DNA of 61,216 bases from a virus: IMG/VR virus record IMGVR_UViG_3300045988_055475, positions 1 to 61,216 of that record; one strand, written 5' to 3'. The translations under genes were made by a program, and so were the position numbers. Under the pieces are notes generated by a model. That model was not told the DNA's origin. It worked only from the letters and a program-made list of their open reading frames with translations, and did no database searches. Below, piece by piece: positions 55,843-61,216 of this stretch. Within the stretch, counting starts at the first letter, position 1. Each line of letters begins with the position of its first letter.

Positions 55843-56739
55843 TTAAAGCTCAATGCCGTGGACAACGGCACTCTTGAGCACTTCTTCATAGAACAGTTCC
55901 TGTTCAGGGGTAAGGTTAGACCTATCACAGTTCGACATGAGCTTAATCAGGGACGCGAAGGGAAGGCTTTCCCCCTTGAGCAGACGCACCTTAGCAAGTA
56001 CATCGTCGCTCATGTCGTTTTCGTCCGCATTCTCCAGCATCTGAATGTAGTATTCCAGACCATGCGGAGTTTCGATACCGGGGAACTTGCGCACATCGTG
56101 CACACCGGACGCCTTCGCCTGCTCAATCAGCTTGTTCAGCTTATTGGTGATGCTGGTGTACTTCGCCATGACTTCTTCTTCAGTCAAAGGCTTGTCACCA
56201 CGGCCAGCGGTCTTATCCTTCTTCCACGTATCGAAACGCGGAGCCGAGCGAAGGGAGCCAATAACGTAGTCGCACAAGCGCATCATGCCCGCCGGGTCAT
56301 TGACATTTCCGCCCTTGTCCCGGGCCAGCTTATCAATCTCGGCAGCGTCGCACAACTCGTCGCAACGCTTAGCGACCAGCTTGATGGACGACTTGAGGTC
56401 GACGATCGTCCCATCGTCCAGCGTGATGGTACTGGCATCCTTTCCACCGGACAAGGCGAAGGGCGCGAAGTAAAACAGCCAAGAAGTCCACGCCGGGCGG
56501 AGCTTTTCCGACAGGTTGCCGAGAATGTAGTTCAGCGGCTGGTTGTTGCTGTTCATCATGGCAGCGCGTACAGCGTACAGCGTGCAACGAGTGACACCGT
56601 TAACGAATTCCTTTTGGGAATGCACAAAGACGTTGACTTGAGCGCGGAAGTCTGCCTCTGTCCAGTCCGTAATCTTGGCGGGAGCAGTAGCAATTTCAGC
56701 AGTAACGGGAGCAATAGGCGTAGCAATAGCGGCGTTCAT
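55843..56739 (-). CDS. Hypothetical protein (298 aa), GC-rich
   Basis: Clean ORF with RBS 'gagg'; preceded by an operator-like repeat region. Confidence 0.6.
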   Translation of the reverse strand: MNAAIATPIAPVTAEIATAPAKITDWTEADFRAQVNVFVHSQKEFVNGVTRCTLYAVRAAMMNSNNQPLNYILGNLSEKLRPAWTSWLFYFAPFALSGGKDASTITLDDGTIVDLKSSIKLVAKRCDELCDAAEIDKLARDKGGNVNDPAGMMRLCDYVIGSLRSAPRFDTWKKDKTAGRGDKPLTEEEVMAKYTSITNKLNKLIEQAKASGVHDVRKFPGIETPHGLEYYIQMLENADENDMSDDVLAKVRLLKGESLPFASLIKLMSNCDRSNLTPEQELFYEEVLKSAVVHGIEL

Positions 56740-57065
56740 AGTAATACCTCATATTTTTAAAGGTTTATAGTCGTGTGGAATCCATTGCCTTATTGCAAAA
56801 GCCTAGTTGTCTAGGCTCTTGTATATAAATCAACGGTTATACCCAACTATCACCAGTCCATACAGAGGCACGAATATATTGACAGGTGCTTGTGTTCTTA
56901 TACAAGAGCCGACAGGCAAGACGCACCTTATACGCCTCTTGTATCCGTTGCTTTTCCCACAGGTTTACAGGAATAGAACTAGGCATATGTTTGTGTAACA
57001 TATGGGCAATAAGCCGTTGTGATATGAAAACTTGAGGTGGTACAATGTAGTACATAGTGTTCTCC

Positions 57066-57641
57066 TTAACGAAAGCGACGGGACGAACGAGTGCTTGCCA
57101 TGTCAAAATCGTCTTCCGTATGCACGACGACCTTAGCATGACGACTAACACGACGCCGAACCTTTTGAGGCTTATCCAGAGTCACGATGGCGCAAGAGTA
57201 TCCATCTTGCTTGTCCATAACTTCACCAGTGCCCACGTTAGTAGTACGATACTTAGCGCGTGGGCGTTCGCTTGTACGTACCTTACGGATGTTGATATGC
57301 TTGCCATGCTTGCCAGTTACGGACTTGTTTTGTCCGTATTCGGCATACAGGAAAGGCACATCTGCCAGACCGGGGAGAACAGGGAAGAATACCTTCCGTT
57401 CTGCTGGTGTTAAGTCAGAATAACGCTTGATAGTACCAGCAAAATCAGACCATAGAAGTGTCTTAGTGTCCAGAAACTGGCCATGCTGGTTTCTATAGCC
57501 TACACATTCCCCGCGCTTGTTCCAAACCGGACTATAACGCAGGTCTTCCTTTTCCGTCTGGTAAAGGTTATTCATGCCCTGATTCCTACAGATATTCAGA
57601 GCATTAGCCTGCCTCTTATAACCTTGTGGTTTATCGTGCAT
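57066..57641 (-). CDS. Hypothetical basic protein (191 aa), possibly DNA-binding
   Basis: RBS 'aggag' 9 nt before ATG; Arg/Lys-rich; first gene downstream of the long ORF-free region. Confidence 0.55.
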   Translation of the reverse strand: MHDKPQGYKRQANALNICRNQGMNNLYQTEKEDLRYSPVWNKRGECVGYRNQHGQFLDTKTLLWSDFAGTIKRYSDLTPAERKVFFPVLPGLADVPFLYAEYGQNKSVTGKHGKHINIRKVRTSERPRAKYRTTNVGTGEVMDKQDGYSCAIVTLDKPQKVRRRVSRHAKVVVHTEDDFDMASTRSSRRFR

Positions 57642-58450
57642 AAGTCAACTCCTGATTTAAACAACTTGACTGGTTGCAAGGGTATAACGCACCCAAGGCA
57701 CCCCATTCCCCTGCAACTGTCAAACTGTTTACAGACGGAACACCTTTATCTATTATTTATAGCCGTTGTACTGTCTCCAACGCAGGATGGAACGCATCCT
57801 TTTAACGCCAATACTCTACGGCTGTAACTTTTCTAAGGTTACTTTCAGTCTACCCTTTGAGCCGACTTATCACGTTGCTAGGTTGTAAATCTGCAACATC
57901 GTTTACGGTTTATCGGTAGACTATAGGCTTGCTGTAAGTAGGACTTGCCCCTAACCTACCTTGCACAGTGCACAAGGTCGCCAGTTAGCTTGTTCCGTCC
58001 TCTTGCTTATACGTCGCACCTAGGGATAATAGGAGTATATAAGCAAGCCCCGGCTTTTCTGTACGTCCCTACCTGCTAAACTACTACTTACACAAGCAAC
58101 GCATCTAAGACACTTTGCTAAGAGTGTAAGCCTACTATAGTTAGCTTTACGGCAGAACACGCATAACCTGCAAGCTCCATGCATAGCTCACCTTTCGGCT
58201 TGCCATAGCTGCGCCTTGTACTTGTGTGCAGCTAGTGCAGGAAGATACCATAAGCTGATACCTTTCGAAGTGCATCCGCACTTCTCGACTTCATCCGAAG
58301 TCTCTCAAGTTCTTTAACCGACTCCGCAAGCAAACGTTTTCATGCTGCTATGTTCTCGTTCCCACGACGACCTTGTGGCGGTCGTGGTACTATCCTTTGC
58401 AAGCTCCGCTTGCTAAAGGCGACCTCTATTGGAGTAGGTTTTCCCTCTTT

Positions 58451-58500
58451 CGTTGAAAGTGTTCTCTCATAAGTCATTGCGCTTGTCAAGTACTTTTGCC
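58451..58500. repeat. Repeat element copy A ('cgttgaaa'-N23-'cttgtcaagtactttt')
   Basis: Shares both end motifs and their spacing (31 vs 32 nt) with copy B at 58679-58727. Confidence 0.45.
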
Positions 58501-58559
58501 TTTCTTGTATGTGTCGTCGTTGCTCATTTTTCCGGCTGGCAACTACTCTTTAGAACGCC

Positions 58560-58607
58560 TTAACGTTCGCAAGCAAAGAACAGCTAAACGCTGTTTAACG
58601 TTCGCCT
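58560..58607. repeat. Two perfect 11-bp direct repeats 'ttaacgttcgc' flanking a 6-bp-stem hairpin 'aacagc-taaac-gctgtt'
   Basis: Exact repeats at 58560-58570 and 58597-58607; each contains palindrome AACGTT. Confidence 0.5.
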
Positions 58608-58678
58608 ATTTCTGGTTTCCAGACACAAAGGCAAGTACTCAACAAAGACGCTATTCGCTTTTGAAAGAACACATTCAT

Positions 58679-58727
58679 CGTTGAAATGGACTCTACGCGG
58701 CTTATGTGGCCTTGTCAAGCACTTTTT
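58679..58727. repeat. Repeat element copy B ('cgttgaaa'-N24-'cttgtcaagcactttt')
   Basis: See copy A. Confidence 0.45.
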
Positions 58728-59496
58728 CAACACTTTCTAAAAGAACGTATCGTGTGGGATGTACCCTTCCGATGCCTCTTATATAGCAAGCCTTGTGCCA
58801 AAACGTAAGTAGTTGAAATTATTGACTATTGGTTATCCTATAAGTTCAACTTTTTGTACCTGCTAGGTGCGCCGGCAGGTGCTTGTGGAGCTTATGGAGC
58901 CATGCTGTGCATAGTTCTATAAGTACTACAGGTACTTAGATCATGGTTCAAATATTGGTACGTTTGGCACGCATGAATACAATAAGTTGAACTTATGTGT
59001 AAACATGTGTAATTATTCAACCTTTTGACCATGCTAACCATAAGTAGTTGTTTTAGTTAGCTTTTGGTTACGTTTGGATACTATTAGTTGCTGTTGATAA
59101 CCATTAGCAGCTATTTAGTGCTATTGATTACCATTGCTGGCAGGTTTGGGGTCTTTAATCCTACCCACAAGCTAGGTTATAGGTTACCAACACTGCTAGG
59201 AGTAACACTTCAAACCTTAGGAGTCACACTGTACTTTCTTTCACAAGGGGGAGGGGGTCAAACCCTACCCGTGGGACACAGCGGAGGCACGGGGGTACAG
59301 ATGACACAGACTTCGCTCGCAACTTTTTGGGAGCTGAATGACTTCATCAGAATCATTTCTATATACGTATAGTACTCATAGTTCAGAACAAGTCTAGGAG
59401 TCATGCGTACATACCTCCAGCTATATTCCAGCATACGTAACCAACAGTAGTCAGGAGTAGTCACTAGCTACCGGCCCGGGCCCTACCTCTTGGCTC

Positions 59497-59569
59497 ACTA
59501 AAGTTTTTTAACTTTTTTTAAACTTTTTTCACTCAAACCCCTTGACTTTTGAAAAAAACTGATTATCAT
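59497..59569 (+). promoter_or_regulatory. Strong sigma70-type promoter with upstream phased T-tracts (UP/bent-DNA-like): -35 TTGACT 59542-59547, 16-bp spacer, -10 TATCAT 59564-59569
   Basis: Three T6-7 tracts spaced about 10-11 bp apart (59504-59530) immediately upstream of near-consensus hexamers. Confidence 0.5.
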
Positions 59570-59583
59570 ATTCATATGAATAT
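59568..59583. promoter_or_regulatory. Perfect 16-bp palindrome ATATTCATATGAATAT overlapping the -10/+1 of the 59542 promoter (operator candidate)
   Basis: Sequence equals its reverse complement. Confidence 0.55.
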
Positions 59584-59898
59584 GAAATCACGGAGTGATT
59601 CGCAGGCTAGCTGCTGTGATTGATTGGATGATTAATTGTCTGAGATCTGTCTCAGTTCACATGCAGAGTATTTGTACTTGAGCACTACATCTGCTTCTCA
59701 TGTGAACACGCTCTCTTTAGGTTGTGAGCGAGCCTCAAAGCGAGCGAACTACTTAGGTAGTTTGAGTTGATTAGGACATGGGAGAATAGTATCTAATGAC
59801 CTGTAACCTTCTCTCCGACTTATTAGAACTAAGCTACGCTTCGTAGTCAATAGGGCCGAGCGCCCCCATCAAATCTGAACACTAAGATATTAGTTGAC

Positions 59899-59966
59899 CA
59901 AAAGAAAAGCCCCCGTGCTAAATAGGATCCATGCTTTGCATAGTGCCTATAGTAGCCGGGGGCTTG
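59899..59966 (-). terminator. Intrinsic terminator for the 296-aa minus-strand gene (long-loop hairpin)
   Basis: 'aagcccccg'...'cgggggctt' stem preceded on plus strand by 'aaaagaaaa' (U-tract on minus). Confidence 0.5.
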
Positions 59967-60009
59967 TTGCGTTTAGAGCACCGTAAAGGCGTAGCCTTGG
60001 AGGTGCGAC

Positions 60010-60900
60010 CTATGTGTCTTTCTTATCTATAGCTAGCTTTCTTGGTTGACTTAAAAGATGCTTACTTGCTTCTTCCTTGGTTATCTTACCAAACATATAA
60101 TCGTACTTGACCTTGTTACTTGTAAAGTACTTGCTTGCTACATACTTAAGTGGTACCTTGATGAGTTCATCTGTGTAAGCTGCCTTGACATAAGGAGGTG
60201 TCTCAAAGCCAAGGTAGACCGTGTTCATGTGTTCACGTTCTGTACCAAAAGGTTCTATGATGTTACTCTGTGCCATCTCTATGTACTCGTCTGTATACCC
60301 TGTATATTCAAAGGTCTTGTCAAAGACTTGTTGCATATACAAAGCACCTCTACGCCAGTGTCTTGCATAGTAGTACGGATGGTTAGTTGCAGACACTTTC
60401 CATGTAAACCATGTACGTTCATGTCCGGGAAAGAAGTCAGTTGTTCGTGGCACAACCACAGCCTTAAGCTGAGGGTATTCTCTAAAGACAAAGTACCTCT
60501 TCTTAGGTGCACGAGACACACGCTTAGTCACACCAAAGCAGTCACGTGTTACTTGTGTCAAAGGTCTGCTGTACGTCTTCTCTTCAACAGTGATGACTGC
60601 AAAGTCTTTAAGGTCGATACCTCCTCTGTTCTTTAAACCGTTAGACAAACACCAGAGCATAACGTTAACCATTCTGCTTACTTCACTTTCAGGCAGATAG
60701 TTAAAGAAGATGTTCAGGTCATTTACAAGGTCACCTTTTGTGTACAGACCTCTGTCCCACTGTCCTTCTACTTCACACTCTGACAAACCCTTCTGACACC
60801 TACAGTTAGGGATCTTATAAGGTTCAGGTGTGTCTTCGTTGAGAATGGGATTCCTCCGCCACTTTAATTTCCTACGGTCTTTTTCTAGAAGCATCGACAT
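60010..60900 (-). CDS. First gene of the minus arm: hypothetical protein (296 aa), candidate early/host-takeover function
   Basis: Clean ORF directly downstream of the P(-) promoter at 61023-60995; aromatic- and Arg-rich. Confidence 0.6.
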   Translation of the reverse strand: MSMLLEKDRRKLKWRRNPILNEDTPEPYKIPNCRCQKGLSECEVEGQWDRGLYTKGDLVNDLNIFFNYLPESEVSRMVNVMLWCLSNGLKNRGGIDLKDFAVITVEEKTYSRPLTQVTRDCFGVTKRVSRAPKKRYFVFREYPQLKAVVVPRTTDFFPGHERTWFTWKVSATNHPYYYARHWRRGALYMQQVFDKTFEYTGYTDEYIEMAQSNIIEPFGTEREHMNTVYLGFETPPYVKAAYTDELIKVPLKYVASKYFTSNKVKYDYMFGKITKEEASKHLLSQPRKLAIDKKDT

Positions 60901-60939
60901 CTTATTTCACTTTTTCTACATTTTTTTTACTATAACCCC

Positions 60940-60967
60940 TTGACAAAATTCATATAGTTCTTATACT
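60940..60967 (+). promoter_or_regulatory. P(+) promoter: -35 TTGACA (60940-45), 16-bp spacer, -10 TATACT (60962-67)
   Basis: Consensus -35 and 5/6 -10, positioned 78 nt upstream of ATG 61045. Confidence 0.55.
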
Positions 60968-60987
60968 ATATTTTAGGTTATAGTATA
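60962..60987. promoter_or_regulatory. 9-bp inverted repeat 'tatactata'-N8-'tatagtata' overlapping the P(+) -10 (operator candidate)
   Basis: Exact reverse-complement arms. Confidence 0.5.
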
Positions 60988-60994
60988 CATAAAT

Positions 60995-61023
60995 ACTATA
61001 ATCACTAATTGACACTTTGTCAA
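60995..61023 (-). promoter_or_regulatory. P(-) promoter read on the minus strand: -35 TTGACA (61023-18), 17-bp spacer, -10 TATAGT (61000-60995). Its -35 lies inside the palindrome 'ttgacactttgtcaa' (61009-61023).
   Basis: Consensus hexamers with optimal spacing; the 15-bp palindrome provides TTGACA on both strands. Confidence 0.55.
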
Positions 61024-61044
61024 GAGGTAAAACAGAAGAAAGTT

Positions 61045-61216
61045 ATGGATAGTCAAATTTTACTAGGGATCATTAATGGTCTGTCAAGCTTAGTAAAAGA
61101 CGCTGACTATATATCACTTGCAATGCTGGGAGGGACTGCATTCATTATCCATGAATGTGCAACCTTATCTGATTACGTTAGGCGTTTAGCTGCTGGTAAG
61201 ACGAAAAAGTTTGCTG
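61045..61216 (+). CDS. 5' part of the first plus-arm gene; it continues in frame into 1-606 across the circular junction (about 240 aa in total, hydrophobic N-terminus, function unknown)
   Basis: ATG at 61045 preceded by 'agaagaaag'; reading frame is continuous with position 1 and the listed ORF 79..606; lies downstream of the P(+) promoter at 60940-60967. Confidence 0.55.
   Translation, partial: MDSQILLGIINGLSSLVKDADYISLAMLGGTAFIIHECATLSDYVRRLAAGKTKKFA
61162..61216. repeat. Second copy of the 55-nt terminal direct repeat (same as 1-55)
   Basis: Exact identity to positions 1-55. Confidence 0.85.

Noticed and set aside
57650-59990. Possibility that the ORF-free region is coding under a reassigned stop codon, or contains tRNA genes
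   Set aside because: Minus-strand frames are interrupted by TAA, TAG and TGA alike within tens of codons. No GTTCRANYC-type T-loop or cloverleaf arrangement was found on manual scanning. A formal tRNA scan is still advisable.
1-61216. Search for lysogeny or mobile-element hallmarks (integrase, repressor HTH, transposase, att sites) and CRISPR arrays
   Set aside because: None recognised. The genome looks like a strictly lytic podovirus-type layout, and there are no repeat-spacer arrays.

Overview
The window looks like a complete double-stranded DNA bacteriophage genome assembled as a circle. The first 55 nt (1-55) are repeated exactly at 61162-61216, and one ORF reads through that junction, so the unique length is about 61.16 kb. 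No tRNA, rRNA, CRISPR array, integrase or transposase was found. Frequent AGGAG/AAGGA ribosome-binding sites, TTGACA/TATAAT-like promoters and ATGA/TAATG overlaps between adjacent genes indicate a Shine-Dalgarno-using bacterial host.

**Genome layout**
- **Plus arm (about 61045 through 26853):** a virion-assembly and lysis module. It runs: putative small terminase, large terminase, portal, scaffold, major capsid protein (followed by a strong terminator), several head-tail proteins, two tail fibres that share an N-terminal domain (one with a tail-collar C-terminus), a DUF4376 tail-fibre assembly protein, a Gly-rich protein, coiled-coil proteins, a 2327-aa giant protein and a small holin-like membrane protein. 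The arm ends at a bidirectional terminator.
- **Minus arm (60900 down to 26906):** DNA metabolism and accessory genes. Recognisable products are a family-A DNA polymerase with a 3'-5' exonuclease domain, a DnaB-like helicase, a Zn-ribbon/TOPRIM primase, an ATP-dependent DNA ligase, a T7 endonuclease-I-like resolvase, a Cas4/RecB-like Fe-S PD-(D/E)XK nuclease, ThyX, a DHH/DHHA1 phosphoesterase, a MazG-like protein, a peptidase-M15 candidate endolysin, a GNAT acetyltransferase and many small hypothetical, Zn-ribbon and membrane proteins. No phage RNA polymerase is evident.

**Main unexplained features**
1. A 2.3-kb ORF-free segment (57650-59990) contains an organised set of repeats, a strong promoter with upstream phased T-tracts, a perfect 16-bp palindrome and an apparently structured non-coding downstream stretch.
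2. A face-to-face pair of overlapping sigma70-type promoters with nested palindromes lies between the first genes of the two arms.
3. An AT-rich iteron block between the helicase and primase genes is a candidate replication origin.
4. A G+C-rich island of about 5 kb (about 47.6-52.65 kb) carries the GNAT gene, tiny membrane-protein genes and a 400-bp ORF-free stretch.
5. Two adjacent large proteins end in long CxxC arrays; one has an M20/M28-like metallopeptidase motif set.
6. There is a duplicated pair of about 92-aa genes, and a small cassette of membrane, lipoprotein and secreted proteins.
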